DNA of 64,000 nt from Gracilinanus agilis (GCF_016433145.1 NC_058130.1:126327122-126391121), one strand, 5' to 3'. Shown: positions 25,617 to 40,705, counted from the stretch's first letter. Numbers and translations are program-made. Notes: generated by a model from the sequence alone, not told the origin.

Positions 25617-28600
25617 GGGAGTGTAGTTACAGGATTGAAAGATGGGGAAAAGGAAGGATTCACTTTCTTCTAGATTTCCAATTTTCTCTTCTGCCAGTTG
25701 GGAATTGCACCATTTTCCACTTCTTTCCCTCCTCCTTAACAGGTATTCTCTGATGATTAATGAGATAATTTGTAAGAAATTCTCTGAAGTGTTCAGATGA
25801 ACAGTTTATAAATAAAATGCAAAGGACTCTATAAGTGCTGATAAACACTATTCCTTTTTCATGACATGGCCATTCTGGAAATAATTCTTATAGGAAACAG
25901 GAGTATGGAAAGTCATTGACAGTGGAAGGACCTATTTCTGTAGGGCAAGGATCCCACAATTTAGAATAAGAATAATGATAACAGTAAACATTTATACAGT
26001 ACCTTGAGGTTTGTAATAGACATACAATATGTATATGTACATATACTTTATTGTTTATAATTTTTATTTTTCTAATAACAAATATTTTAACTAATATATA
26101 CCTACCATTATGATTCCCTTGAATTGAGCAATTAAAAAAAACTCTGAAAAACAACCACTCAGTATACACTCAAGCAGTATAGCAAAGCAAATATATCATC
26201 TACCATAGAGTTGTCAAGAGGATTAAATGAGATTTTTAAAGAGATACATGTATAATGATATATAAGTATAACTATTTAGATATAGTATTTAATACATGTT
26301 TATTTTATTCAATAATTTAGTATATATTTATATCAATATAGTATTATAGCTTCATATAATATATAAAACATTACATTATTATATGTTATGTTAGATATGA
26401 ATACATTATATATAATATAAATGTGTTTTAAAGCATATAACCTCTCATTTGATCCTCATGACAACCCTGTGAGTTATATGATATTATTATTTGTTTTGCT
26501 GTATTGTGTAGGTATTTATTGAAAGATTGTTTCTCAGGTTTCTTAAATTGCTCAATTTGAGGGGAACATAATGAGAAGGATATATTAATAAAATACTTGT
26601 TACTAGAAAAATAAAAATTATAAACAACAAAAAAAAGAACCAGTGTTTTAGAGGCTTTAAAGCATAAGTTTTAGGAGAGGTGGCCTATGCTATTGGACAG
26701 GTGCCTGACCTTGATATCAAATTCTTGGTTCAAGTTCTGCCTCTGACACCTTGGCTGAGAGACTCTGAGGAGGTCACCATAGCCTCTCAATGCCCCCAGA
26801 CAACTTTCGAAGACTTTGTAAGTCCAATTGTAAGGCAGAGTTTCTGAGTTGGTAAAGGGAAGTCCCCACTGGGAATTCCCTACCCAGATGAAATGACACA
26901 TTAAGTTACAAAAAAAGTTAGTGGGATGGGAAAGCCTAGTGGATAGAGTGCATGGAATCAGAAGATCCTCATAACATCATAGGCTAAGAGGTGGCAAGGA
27001 CCTTACAAGCAATCAAGTCAACCTTTCATTTTACAGATGAAGAAACTGAGGCTCAGAGGGGATAAATGACCTGTTTCAAATTCCACTCGACATTTAATTG
27101 TTCAATCCTGGGCAAGTCCCTTTACCTATATATGCCTCACTCAGCAACTCTGTTATTGAATTGTTTTCAATCTTGATTCTTTTTGACCCCGTTTGGGGTT
27201 TTCTTGGCAAAGATCCTGGAGTGGTTTGTCATTTCCCTTCTCCAGTTCATTTACAGATGAAGAAACTAAGGCAAACAGGGTTAACTGGCGTGCCCAAGAT
27301 CTCACATCTAGTAGGTAACTGAGGCCACATTTGAACTCAGCAAGCTCCTTAGGACTTATCTGCCATAGACTTGTGATCTATGCGAGTGAGAGGAGGTTGC
27401 CCGCCTTGATAAAAATCACAGATCCTTTATGAATTCGTCTTGCTATTATTTAGACATTTCTCATAAAAATTAACAAAGAGTTCTCTTGAACTGTATGCAC
27501 AGAACCAGATGGTGGCCTGAATTACTGATCCAACACAGTTGGGTTGTGAGTTCTCCCACATTGTTATGAGATTGATCTTTAATATTAAAAAGTAGGTAGG
27601 CCCATTTTAAACAATTTCAGTAGAAATCTACTCTGTAGGGACAGTGTGTTTTGAATGGGCCACCTGCTACCATTTGAACCAGCTAATTTCTTTTTAGGGA
27701 TCTCAAAGTCCTAGCTATTTGTGTGACAGTCACAGATCTGAGATAGATTTTTCACTCCCTCAGGCTAACAGCATTTCCCTGGCATGAGGCCAACAAGCTT
27801 TGACTCCTTAGGACAATTATTTTCAGTCCCAGCTTCTATTAAATGTAATCACATTTCTCAACAAGTAATTAATGTGGAAATGAGGCTTGCACACATAGCC
27901 ACATACATATGCAGAGATGTTTCTACAGTTAATCCTGAATCATGATTACCTATTCCTGACCAGTCTCCATAGTTTATTATCCAATGTGGAATCCAAAGTC
28001 CAGTTCCATTAGGTCCCAGAAACTAGGGCTTAACCAGAATTAACTCATCATTTTAGGATCTAAAGATCATGGATCTGAAAGTGAAGGAGACCTCAGAGTT
28101 TATCTCATCCAAATCTTTCATTTTACAGACGAGGAAACTGAAATCCAGGGAAAGGAGGTGGGTGTGCTCAAAGTCACACAGGCAGGGAATATCAGTGGCA
28201 GGATTTGAACTTAATTCCTCTGAGACTGAATCCCTTTTCCACCAAAGGATGTCGCTTAAAATATGCTTCTTAACTCAAGCACTACCACAAACATTCCAAA
28301 AGAGTCTGCTATGTGCAATGCAAAAAAGGAGATTCCAACTCAGACATCTTCATTTCTTGGATGCTCCAATTGTTGTGTCTCTGGTTTTACAGTATCAAAT
28401 AAAACTACTGTACTTAGACCAGATATCATCTATCAAGATGTGAGACATTTTGTGAAGATCAAGAAAGACTATTTTAGCTACTGGTATAGACATATACACA
28501 AGGTGCCCTCTAGAGATTCTGCTACTAACACAGCACAAAGTATCACATTCACTAAACATCTACTAATCTTCCACTGATACAATGAATATTCCAGTCACTT

Positions 28601-31600
28601 TTCAACTTGTTTTTGATTTCTACTTTGGGCTTGAGTTTGGTAGACAAAATCAGGGCCTCTACTGGCACTTTTTGAGCTAATGGCTCAAAATGAATAAAAA
28701 AAAATTAATCCAATTGCAGAGTAAGCTGGAATTCCAGGGGGGAGATGCTCACCTGAGATATGACCTTTGGGTAGAAGGGAAGGAAATGAGCCATCTGGTA
28801 CCTTCCTTTTTTAACTCATTATTTCTTACTAACCAGGTTCTAAAATCATATATTTCTAGCTACTTCTGGACTCCAAGTGCTGTCAAGCCCAGCTTTAGGA
28901 CAAAGTTGAAACCAAAGTAAAGAATATCTTAGTTATCTGTGGGGGACGGTATTGGACTTGAAATTAGGAAGATCTCTTTCTTTTCTTTCCTTTCTTTTTT
29001 TCTTTTCTCCCTTCCATAAACAAGAATGCTTCAGTTCTCCTAAGATGCATGACTAAATCAAGGGTACCTCCCTTTGAGAAACAGATTCTGTCTCATTTTT
29101 GTCTTTGTATTCCCTAGAATAAGTATTTCACACAAAGTAGGAAGCTAATAAATGTCTATAGTTTGATTTGTATCTCCAGGCCCTAGCAGAATACCTGGCT
29201 TAAGTTGCTGCTTAGTAGAGTTTTGTTGATTGCTTGGTACATATACTCCCTCCACTAGTACAGATCCTAACCTTTCTCAATACCGTGAGTTGTTACTTAA
29301 TGAGTTATCATGGCTGAGCTGCTAGGATGGCTTTCTGTGTCATGATGAGTCACTGGGAGATTTAGTGGAGGAAAACATGAATGGCCTGCAAGAACTGCAA
29401 CATCCCAACTCTGAAATTTCTGGCTAGAATTATAGGAAATTCCAGTAGTCTATAACCCTGTTTATATGGTCATTCTTTTCCCCTGGAGCATCATACTTAT
29501 GCTATGTTACACTAGAGAAGAAAAGTTTTGTAGACCAAATAAATACAAATGTCCACTTGACTATTTCAACAGCTAGCCAGAAATGTATTTGCACACAAAA
29601 GAGGCACTTTTGCTCTAAATACAAAAGAAGAAATGTGAAGAATCCTAAGCCCCTATAATTAGTATTTAGGGTGAGCTGAATTGTGTGAGTCTGTGTTTTC
29701 AGGCAAGAGAAGTGTCATCTACCAATATCCAGACCCGAGACTTGGAGATGACTTTGGCAGTGACATTTTCAGTCAGAATACTGTAAATATGTCTTTACTA
29801 CATTATTGCTTTATTATAGAATTAACTACATATATTCATTAATTTTAACATTTGATTATAGAAAATAAAAAGTTACTAATGGAAAAGGAGCATTCTCCAG
29901 TTCATTAATGATTACTATTTAATTGACTGGGATGGGGACTTGAGCTAATTATTAAGAAAAAAAGATAGCAAATTCCTTAATAATTAACAAATTATTACAA
30001 CACATCCCTGGATTTCTTTAGAGCTTGGGAAGATAAATGTAAAATTAAGGAATGCGTTACATGGCAGGATGAAGGATGATCTACAGACAAAAGTGGCAGG
30101 ATCTCAGTCCCTATTATCTTGCTACACATGGAGGTTACCTCTTCAACAACCTATGACATATGCGTTCATAAATGCTCTCTATATATGCATTTAACACTTT
30201 AACCCTTAAAGGCTTAGGAATCATTTCCTAAAGTCTTCAAGGGGATGCCTCACAGTTTTTCCAGTTGTCTTTTTTTAATAAAAACTCTGAGTTTTTAATA
30301 AAAAAAAATCTTACTCAAAGAAAAGTGGTTTATTTCCACCATAGCACCCACCATGTGCTAGATTATGTCAGGCTCTGTGGACACAAAGAGAAAAGATATA
30401 CAAGTCTCTGCCCTCAAGGAGCTTACAATACACGAAGAGATGGTGATGATGTCACAAAGGGAGTGCTGGGTCAGAAGAGGGCCCAGAAGAGGGTTACCTA
30501 CATTTAGAGAGCATGATAAGCATTTAGATTCTGCAAAGGAGATGGAGAAGAAACTAGGTAGGAGGAGAACCAGGAAAAAATAGATCTAGACAGGAAAGAA
30601 TATTTGGGAGAAAAGGGTAGACAAAGATCAAGGTACTTGGCAATAAATGAATCAATCAGCAGATTTTTGTTAAAGCACCAAATACAGCAACAATAATAAC
30701 AATGGCTAGCATTTCTATGGAACTTTAAAATTTGTAAAGTTTTCACGTTTATATATTTTATCTCTTTTGATACACAGACAAAATTTAAGTAGTTCCTGCC
30801 CTCAAGGAGGAAGACTACATACACCAGGAAACAATACATAAATATATATGAAATATATACAATAAATAGAAGACAATTGGGAAGAGAGGATAAAGATACT
30901 AACAGCTTGAAGATGAGGAAAGACTTCAAATATTCTATGGCATTTGAGCAGAGCTCTGAAAGAGTCTAAGAGAAAATGAAGAGAGGTTAGTCTGTGCAGA
31001 GGGTAAAGAGATGTGGTGTTGGTTATGAGGAACAACAAAAAAGGCTGGTTTGATTAGACCTTAGGGTGCTTTAAGAAGAGTAATATATAAAAAGGCTGGA
31101 AAGTGAGGTTGGAAAAATACTTATTGATTTGTTGATATATGAGAAGTTTAAATCTCCTCAAAGTTAAATGATAGAGTAGAATGGAAAAGATCCATGAGTA
31201 CTATAAATTATTCCTCTTCAAAAAACAAATACCCTTCCCTTCTGTCTTAGAATTGATAAGGCAAAAGAATGGTGCCAAGCAATTGGGGTTAAGTGACTTG
31301 CCCAATGTCATCCGGCTAGGAAGTGTCTGAGGCTAGATTTGAACCTAGATCCTTCTGACTCCAGACCGGGCACTCTATCCATGCTACTTAGGTTTCTCAA
31401 AACTATTCCTTTTAGTCAATTTGCAAAGGCCACTCATCTTTACCTGATAAAAGTAAGAAGTCTTTATACCATTGTGGACTTTATGTGGAAACACCTAGAA
31501 AAGACTTTCTATAGCAATTGATAATTAGATTCTCCCCTCCTAGAATGAGAATTGGATGGTCTGAATTTGACCAGGGGCTGCTTTGGAGAAACATTCAGTC

Positions 31601-34600
31601 CTTAGTACTATCATTTCTTTTGTTCATGCTCTAAAGAATTATTTTTTCCAGCTAGTAAAAAGTATCGATGACTGTATACTCCCTCTTTCAACTTAGGTTG
31701 TGGCTTTAAAAGGCAGATCATAAAAGAGATTTTTGCATGGAGCAGTAGACCAAAATCATCGATCTTCATTTCTGAGCTGTGCTCAATTTAATAACAAAAT
31801 ATTTTCAAATACTAGGTTTGCTGAAATAAGTAATGATACAAATAAGAACTTCAATGACTATAAATGAGAAGTGACATTTTGTCTGATTAACTTTAAAAAA
31901 ACCAAATTATTACTGTGTTTAGAAAAAAACAGGTGGGAGGCAGCCGATTCTCTGCAAAAGGAGGATATCAATACCTGCAATCTTCATAGTGTTGATGCAG
32001 CTAGATGGCACAGGGCTTTAATTTTAGAGTTAGGACGACTTGAGTTCAAATTTAGCTTCAGATGCCTTCTAGCTGTGTGACCTTGGGCAAGTAGCTTTAA
32101 CTTCTACCTGGCTTACCTTCCTCATTTGTAAAATGGGGATAATAATAGTATCTTCTTCCCAGAATTGTTATGAGTACAAAATGAGATAATATTTACAAAG
32201 TGCTTCACAAACCTTAAAGAGCTACGTAAACATTAGCTGATATTGTTGTTTTTAGAATTCATTCAATGACATTATAGATAAAATACTTTTAGCTTTAAAG
32301 TGCTATTGAAACATTAATTCTTATTGATCCCAAACTATTCAATTATGATGATAGCAGAAACACATTTGTGTAGCTATTTGAAGGAGATTATAGAAATATG
32401 TCCTTAAAATAGTGATGATAGTTCACATTTCCATAACACTTTTGAGATTTACAAAACATTTCCCTTAAAACAATTTTATGAGAGAGGGAGTGCAAGTATT
32501 AGCCCAATTTTGCAGATGAAGAGGCTGAAACTAAGAGAGATTAATACAGTCCATCAAAGGTTTATCAATAGGATACTGTAAAATTGTCTCCCAGTAGGCA
32601 AAATAAACAAGCTAAAAGAGATTACTTATGCACACCATCAGATAGGTAATTTAAAGTTAGATACCACAGGTTAGAAGAAAGGATGCTCACTGGAAAGTGT
32701 TCATTGATGTTTGTGTTCATCCATTCCTTAAATGAATTAAAAGGTTGTTGTAGTGGAAAGACTGTACTAAGTTGAAATCCTGTCTCTGACCCCGAGGCAA
32801 ATTGCTTCATTGCTCTAAACTTTCTTATCCTCATCTGTATAATGGGCATAATAATATTTGGTCAGTCTTCTTCACATGGTTCTTATGGTGCAAAGCAATT
32901 TGCAAAATTTAACATGTAATGTAAAGGTGAGTTCTTGTCAGGTAGTATTGAAGTTGGAGAATTAGCTATATTGGTGGGGAAGGGAAGGATGTATAGTTAT
33001 GCAGCTTTCTGGGAAAAGGGAATAGCTTTAAGAGATTAATCATAATAAGAGTTAACATTTATATATTCCCCTCTCTGTGCCAGACACTATGCTAAGAGCT
33101 TGACAAATCTCTCTCTTGATCCCTACAACCATTCTGGAAGGTAGGTGCTATTATTATCCCCATCTTCCAGATGAGTAAAGTGAAGCAAACAGAAGTAAAG
33201 TCATTTGCTTAAAGTCATACTGCTAGTAAGTGTCTGATGGTCAGATCTGAACTCAATTTTTCCTCCTTCTAGGTCCAGAACGCTATCCACTGTACCAGGA
33301 ATCTGGGCCAGGAGAGGCTAGAGAAAGAGATTATCTCTAGGGTCCCTTCAAGTTCTTGATCTGAGGATGAAGTAGTAGCTTTCCTCTAGAGAAGCCAAAA
33401 GCATCCATGTAATTTATGAGCCCTCCCCAAAACAGGGAAAAACCCCAACCGAGCTCACAAAACTCATCTCTCTTAAAACAACAAAGCCCCCACCCTATTA
33501 CCCACGCCTTGGATTCCTATAAGCACATTGCCCACACAGCACTGAAAGATTTATTCATAAAAGCAGGGTGAGAAGACACAAAATGATAAATAAAAATCCT
33601 TTCCAAACTAATTCATCAGATAGCTGAAACAGTGTTCTGAATAGCCAAGTTAACAAATTTATATCTAACCACTCTCCAAGAGGCTTTGAAGACTTAAAAC
33701 AAAAAGATTCATAGAGAAATAGTAAGAAATAAAGCCAGGGCAAACACGCTTGCCCATCTGACTATGCCCATCATTTTATTTTGACATTTAATATTCATAT
33801 GTATTTTGTCCTCATGAGAGACTATGAACTCTGAGGACAAAGGCCAGATCTTCTTGGAACTGTTTTCTCCACCCTATTTCTAGCAGAGTAGATGCTTAAT
33901 AAGCTCTTGTTGAATTAATGAAAGAATAATAATAATAGTGATAAATAACACAATTATAATTTAAGAAGAACTTTATATTCACTTTTCCTTTTACTTGTCA
34001 CAACAACCCTGTGAGTTAAGGAATGCAAGTATGACTACCCATTTTATGAATGAGATAGATCACTGAGACTCAGAGAAGTTACATGGTCCCAAAGCCAGTA
34101 AGAAGCTGAACTGGGGGTAGCAGCTTTGATGTGTGATGCAAAGAGCCCTATATTCGGAATCACCAGCCCTGATATTTATTGCTTGAGCAAATCTGTGCAA
34201 ATGCCTCAACTTTTGGCATCATCGGGTTTCAGGGTTAGAAGGGACCTTAGAGGTGATCTAGTCAAGGCTGAACCCAAACCAGAATTCCCATCAACATCCC
34301 TAGATCTATTGAAGCAGAGGTCATCCAACCGGTTTTGAGACCAACCAGGGCAGGGCAGGAGGAGGGAATAAGGATCTGGCTCCAAGGTGACAGCCCAAAC
34401 TGCAAAGGGTCAATTTGGCAATCTATAATTTAGAGATTCAAGAGCCTCCAATGGGGAAAAGCTACATATTTACCAACTTCCTCTGTCCCAAGTAGTGACT
34501 AGGATGTCATCCAGGAATCATCAATGATAGGATCTAGTGAGAGGATGAAAGATTCCCCATGAAATACATATAGCCAGGGCAGGGCACCTTCCCAAGATGC

Positions 34601-36869
34601 TTGTTAGGATCTATGTCCCAGGGAGCCCATCTTAGATGCAGGTTACCTAAAGGATCTCTTACATTTGACTTAGATCCTTGAGGGATCATAGCTATAGTGC
34701 TATATATCTAGGAGAATAGGTGGAAAACAACATTATGTAAGGCATTTTATGTAAAAAGAGAGAAAAAAGGGAGTACGGAAGGAGGGAAAATGTCTGTGGA
34801 AACCATGTCCTAAATGAATTTAGGGAAATTTGCTTCTTTCCCTCTTCTTTTTGGGATATACCAGGAGGAAATGTCAGTTTCCCCATATGTAAAAGGAAAG
34901 GGTTAGAATAGACGAGGGATCCTTTACTCCCTAGATCGGATGTCCATGAGCTTTAAAAAAATCTTGATAACTATGTTATAATATTATACATATAACAAAC
35001 CCATTATCAATGAACAAACATTTATGTAGAACCTACTGTGTACTAGTCACTGTATTAAGCACTTGGGATATGCTATTGTTCAGTCGTTTCAGTTTCATCT
35101 CACTCTTTGTCACTCTATTTGGGCTTATCTTGGTAAAAATAGTGGAGTGGTTTGCCATTTCCTTCCCTTGCTCATTTAATGATGAAAAAACTGAGGGAAA
35201 TAGTATTAAGTGACCTTCCTAGGGTCATTTTGCTAGTAAATGTCTGAAGCCACTCAGGACGATGAGTCTTCCTCACTCCTAGCCCAGCACTCTATCCACT
35301 CTACCATCTAGCTACTAGCAGGGATATAAAAAGAGGTAAAAGACAGTCCCTTCCCTCAAGGAGCTTATAGCCAATGGGGGAAGACAACAAACAATTATAC
35401 CAAGCGAGCTATCTATAGGATAAATAGGAAATAACTGAGAAGTAAGGCACTAGAATTAAGAGAGGTTGTGGAAGGCTTTCTATAGAAGGTGGGATTTCAG
35501 TGGAGACATATAAGTTTCCTATTTTATTCTATGTATTTTTACACATTTAGTAACATTCTAAGAAAGGGTCTATAGGCTTCACTAGAAAATCAAGGGTTTT
35601 TTTTGGCACAAAAATAGTTGAGAAACCCTGATCTAGATGATCTCAAGGGCTTCCAGTTCTAAATTGTGTATATGAAAATTCCCAACATCTTTAAGAAGAG
35701 AACTGACATTTCACCCTTAAGGTTCTTTCTTGTTTGGAATAAGAACAAAATAAGGTAATGTAGTGAAAAATATAATGGGTCTGGAGTCAGTAGACCCGAG
35801 TTCAAATTCTAATTCTCTTCTTAATGTCTATGTGACCCTGGGCAAGTAATTTTACCTCTCCAGACCTCAGTTTTCTGTAAAGTCTGATTTTTATTTTTTA
35901 TTTATTCATCTATTTGTTCGTTTTGTTTGCTTGTTTATTTTTCAAACCCTTGCAGAAGAGTGACAAGGGCTAGGCAATGGGGATTAAGTGACTTGCCCAG
36001 GGTCACACAGCTAGGAAATATCTGAGGCCAGATCTGAACCTAGGACCTCCTATCTCTAGGCCTGGCTCTCAATTCACTGAGCTACCCAGCTGCCCCCCAA
36101 AGTCTGATCTTTAAAAAGAGGAGGTTAGATAAAATGCCTTCTACTGTCCTATGAGCTAGAAATCATATATCTATAGTATTTTAGCTTGTAGATGAATGCT
36201 ATCTAGTCCAATATTCACATTTTACATGTAGAGAAACTGAGACTAATATTGGTGCTATAACTTGCCCTAAGAGGTCACATAGCTAGTGGGTAGCTGAGCT
36301 ACTATGAGAATCCAGTCTCCTTATTCCTAAATCAGAGCTCTTTCTATCATTCTTTGATCTGGCTGTTTATATGGTTTGCAAGAGGGTTAAAGCCCTCTTT
36401 TTATGGGTCTGTTAATGAACAATGAATGAGACCCGGAGAGGGATCAGCCTTCCCTGAAAAAAGCTAAATTCTACTTAAAATATCTTAGAAGGAAAGAGAA
36501 TTGTTTGTCAAGTTTCACGCTTTCTTTCTTCCCATCCAGTCTGCTGTAAAAAACATTTTTTTTAAACTAAAAGATCAGATTATCTGTCCTGCCCTCTTCC
36601 CCTTTTGACCATGGAACTAGCATAGAGGAATGGAAAGAGTCTTGGATTTGGAGCCAGTGGATTTGAATTTAAAGTCTCTTTTTGTTACTTACTACTTGCA
36701 TGGACTTGGGCAAATGAATCTCTCAACCTTTTGAGGTCTTAGCAACTTATTTGGAAAATGAGACTGTTGAGCTAGATGACTTCTAAGGCCACTTCCCACC
36801 TTTAATTTATGTATGTCTTTTCTAAATTCTGCCTGTTCTATTAGAACACAATGTTTTGCTTAATAAATT

Positions 36870-37620
36870 TACATGCTTCTGTTGGTGGAGTTGCAAATGG
36901 CTTCAACTCTTCTGAAGAACAATTTGGAATTATGCCCCAAACACTATAAAACTGTGAAACTCTTTGACCTAGCAGTACCACTATGAGATCTATAGCCCAA
37001 AGAGAATAAAGAAAAAGGAAAAAAGTCCTCTTTGTACATTATTTATAGCAGTTCTTTTTGTGGTGGCAAAGAATTAGAAATTGAGGAGATACCCATTAGT
37101 TGAGGAATGATTGAACAAGTTGTGGTATGGTATAACACTATGATGGACAATTATTATGCTATAAGGAATGAAAGGCAGGATGGTCTTAGAAAAACCTAGG
37201 AAAACCTATATAAACTGATGAAGAGCAAAGTGAGCAGAACCAGGAGATCCATTATACATAGTTATAGCAACATTACAAAGATGATCAACTGTGAAAGGCT
37301 TAGTTTCTCTGATCAGCAATGATCCAAGACAATGCCAAAGGCTCCATGATGAAAAATACTATCTACCTTCAGAGAAAGAACTGATGAACTCTGAATACAG
37401 ATCAAAGCACACTTTTTAAATTTTATTATTTGGACTTTTTTTTTTTTTTTGCAACATGGCTAATATCAAAAAGTTTTTTATGACTTGACATGTATAATTG
37501 ATTTCATATTGCTTGGTGGGAAGGAGGACGAGAATTTCAAATTTGGAACTCAAAATTTAAAAATAAACAAATGTTAAAATATGTTAAAATGTTAAAAATA
37601 AACAAAAAATTAAAATAAAT
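36870..37620 (+). mobile_element. Old L1 3' fragment (ORF2 C-terminus plus 3'UTR)
   Basis: VGG.ANG..TLE.NLE, PFDLA.PL, FIA.LFVVAKN..., WLNKLWY-like motifs; A-rich tail. Confidence 0.8.
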
Positions 37621-38224
37621 TTAGGTGCTTAATAAATGTTTGTATAATTGAATCAACTAGTTTCTTGGCAGGTCTAATGTAGGAATTTTGTACTGCAATA
37701 TAGTTACAATGTATGTAAAAGTTTAAGAATCTGAGATGGGGGACTAGGTGGAGATTGCTGTTAGAACTCCTGTGTTCTCAGGATTTAAATGTGATTTAGA
37801 TCCTGAGGCGATCTGAACTGTCACAACTCTTGCAGTAACATCAAATGCCACATCTATTTGGCAGTAGAGGAGGAACAACCAAATTTGAATATTGACTAAT
37901 ACTTAATTAGCTGGGGATCTAAAACAAATAACTTAAAACTTCCAAAGCCCCAACTTTCTCATCTGTAAAATGGAGCTCATAATACTATTGTGACAGCCTA
38001 GCATATCAGCTAGCATCTTGAATCTGGAGTCAGGAAAGGATTCAGATTCCACCTTAGATATTTATGAACCGTGTGACCTTGAAGTCACCTATTTTCCTAA
38101 GACTTGGTTTTGTCATCTGTAAAATGGGGCTAACCATATCACTTGACTCTATGAAAAGAAATAATAACCTTTGCACTATCAACCTTACTGATTGTTCCTG
38201 TGGAAAGCATTTGACTCTCTATAT

Positions 38225-38430
38225 CAGAGGTCGGCAACCTTTTTGGCTGAGAAAGCCATAAATGCCACATTTTTTAAAATGTAATTTCATGAGAGCCGTA
38301 CAGTGCTCACAATGCACACTCCTGTAACAGTGCCTGAAAAAAATTGACTTTATGACTCCTGCAGAAAGAGCCATATCTGGCCCTCAAAAGAGCCAGATAT
38401 GGCTTGAGAGCCATTCATTGCCGACCCCTG
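38225..38430. mobile_element. hAT-superfamily MITE, 206 bp
   Basis: TIRs cagaggtcggcaac / attgccgacccctg; perfect 8-bp TSD ctctatat; internal 13-bp inverted repeat 38369-38381/38392-38404; inserted into a MIR. Confidence 0.92.
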
Positions 38431-39779
38431 CTCTATATCAACATGAGCTATTATTACTGCCGCCTACTTCCCAGGGTTGTTCTAAGGATCTATTGAGAAC
38501 ATGTGTGCAAAGGCCATTAAAACTGTAAAGCTTTAGTTAAATTCAAGTTGCTGTTAGTAAAGATAAGGAGGTAGTGTCCTGCTTCAGATATTCTCATGTG
38601 AGGACCAGCACTGATGCTAAAATAGTTGTGGAAATTAACTGTATGAGACAAATGAAGTGAGCCCTCCTACATTTATCCCTGCCACCTTTTCAAGCCTACC
38701 TCCCATTACTAGGTCCAAAAGTGGACAGGGATCAGACAGGCCATTCAAATCATGGCCCTTACGGTAGTGGGGAGGCTGGTGGCTGTATTAATATACAGAA
38801 TACCAGGATTTGGTGGGAACATCACCACTCTAGAGCGGTTTGTCAGAGGAGAAAAAAGAGGAGAAATTAGGTTAAGAGGAAAAAAAATAAGCTCAAGTTC
38901 ATCTTTCATAGAATAGTGGCTAGAGTTCAAGTCTTGGAATCAAGAAGACCTGGTTTCCCATACCTCTGACAGTTAGACCACTGTCAAGTCGCTTACCCTC
39001 CTTGAGCCCTTGAGCTTCCTCACTGTAAAATGGGGATAATAATGCCTATCAAATTACCTCTCTATTACTGCAAGGCTCAAAAGAGATAATGCACATAAAG
39101 CTCTTTGCAAGCCTTTAAATATTTTGTAAACATTACTTATTATTGACTCTAAGTTCTATGAATTATAACCTTTGTATATAGCAACATACAATAGATACGA
39201 GTTATTATTAAGGTTCCAAAATTACAAGTTACATATACAGGTTGTGTGATCTTCATAGGTTAAAGTAGTACACAGAAGAAATCAGAGGTTCTTAATGTAT
39301 TAGCATACTGTTAAATCAAATTATTATTGATTTGGAGGAGGAGGGTTGAGATTTGTTTTTATTAACAGAAATTAAGCAGCTAAAGGAGATTAATTTGCAT
39401 TTCTGCTCAATTACTAGAGCCTCACCTAGCCAAGTTGCCCGATATACCTTATTTAAATTCAGCCCAGTGGAAAAATAAACACAGAGAAGAAATGTGGAGT
39501 GAAAGGAAGCTTGGCTTAGAAGGGGAGGAGTGTCCTCTGAGCAAATGACAATGAAGAATAATCCTCAGGTGGAGATAAGGAAGAGGTTTTTTCTGCTACC
39601 TCTTTTCTGCATAAGACCCCCCACAGGTCTCCTCCCTCCCTTTTTCTCTCTCTCACACAGAAATCCAACTGGCAGATTTTCAGACATGGTGAAAATGAAT
39701 GCACTTGCTGCCATTGCTGTGGCAGCCACCCCCTCTTTCCAATGTCAGCAACATACACACACACACACCACTCCACACC

Positions 39780-39783
<4 letters not shown>

Positions 39784-39830
<47 letters not shown>
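39784..39830. repeat. (CA)n microsatellite (~47 bp), with a CA-rich extension from ~39750
   Basis: Direct read. Confidence 0.95.
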
Positions 39831-39832
<2 letters not shown>

Positions 39833-39833
39833 C

Positions 39834-40021
39834 ATTAACCAGCTACACACTACACTATGCACTCCCCATAAACCAGTTACACACACTACACCCCCCATAA
39901 ACCAGTTTTACACACACACCATATATATACCTCAATAAACCAGTTACACACAAATACACCATATAGAATCCCACCCCCCCAAACAGTTATACGCAGGCAC
40001 ACACACACCCATAAACCAGTT
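39834..40021. repeat. Degenerate minisatellite with core ATAAACCAGTT and CA-rich spacers
   Basis: Exact core at 39868, 39897, 39935 and 40011; variants at 39834 (attaaccagct) and 39981 (aaacagtt); period about 29-44 bp. Confidence 0.85.
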
Positions 40022-40705
40022 CCCCATCAGGAGCCTGTGATATTCAGCACCTAAATAAGCCTCTTAGTCGAACAGTCCCATTCATTCACCTTCAAGCCCC
40101 TTCCAGGACATGGTGATTCAGAAATTTTCTTTTAAATGATGTAGAGAGATTATTTTAAAAGCATAATTATTTTTGCTGCCAGACGGAAGGACTAGACTGC
40201 ATTTCCTTTACCCTTTCCCTTCCTTTTCTCTCTGTACTACCCCCTTCTTCCCCTGCCGCTCCCCCCCCCCCCCAGCCTATTGCCAGTTCTTGGTAAAAAG
40301 AGAAAAACGGCAGCAAACATCAACTAGAGAGCCACAGAAAAAGCTCTTTCCTTCTGCATGAAAAGATAAACGTGGCTGGAGAAGCATCTCCCTGTCTGAA
40401 AAACGAGGGGGTTATCCTAGATGATCGCTGAAGGTTTCTTCTAGCTCTAACATCTAGGATCCTATTCATGGGCGAAAGATTCTCTCCCCTTCTCCCCCAA
40501 CCCCTTCCCCCAACAGGGGGCACATGCTCCAAGGCTGTCCGTGGGCAGGCACAGCTGTGCCACCCACAAGTACACAGTCTAACACACGCTACACATGCTT
40601 CACACAACCTCAAGCCCTGGGGTGCACCCTCTATGTGCATGTGTGCAATCACATTGGCAAGAAGCGAGCCCCTCACGTCTGACCCCCTAGCGGCTCCCTC
40701 CTCTA

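Noticed and set aside
39516-39938. Overlapping ORFs with HT/CV repeats
   Set aside because: Artefacts of the (CA)n microsatellite. The same applies to the ER/LS-repeat ORFs at 25475-25753.
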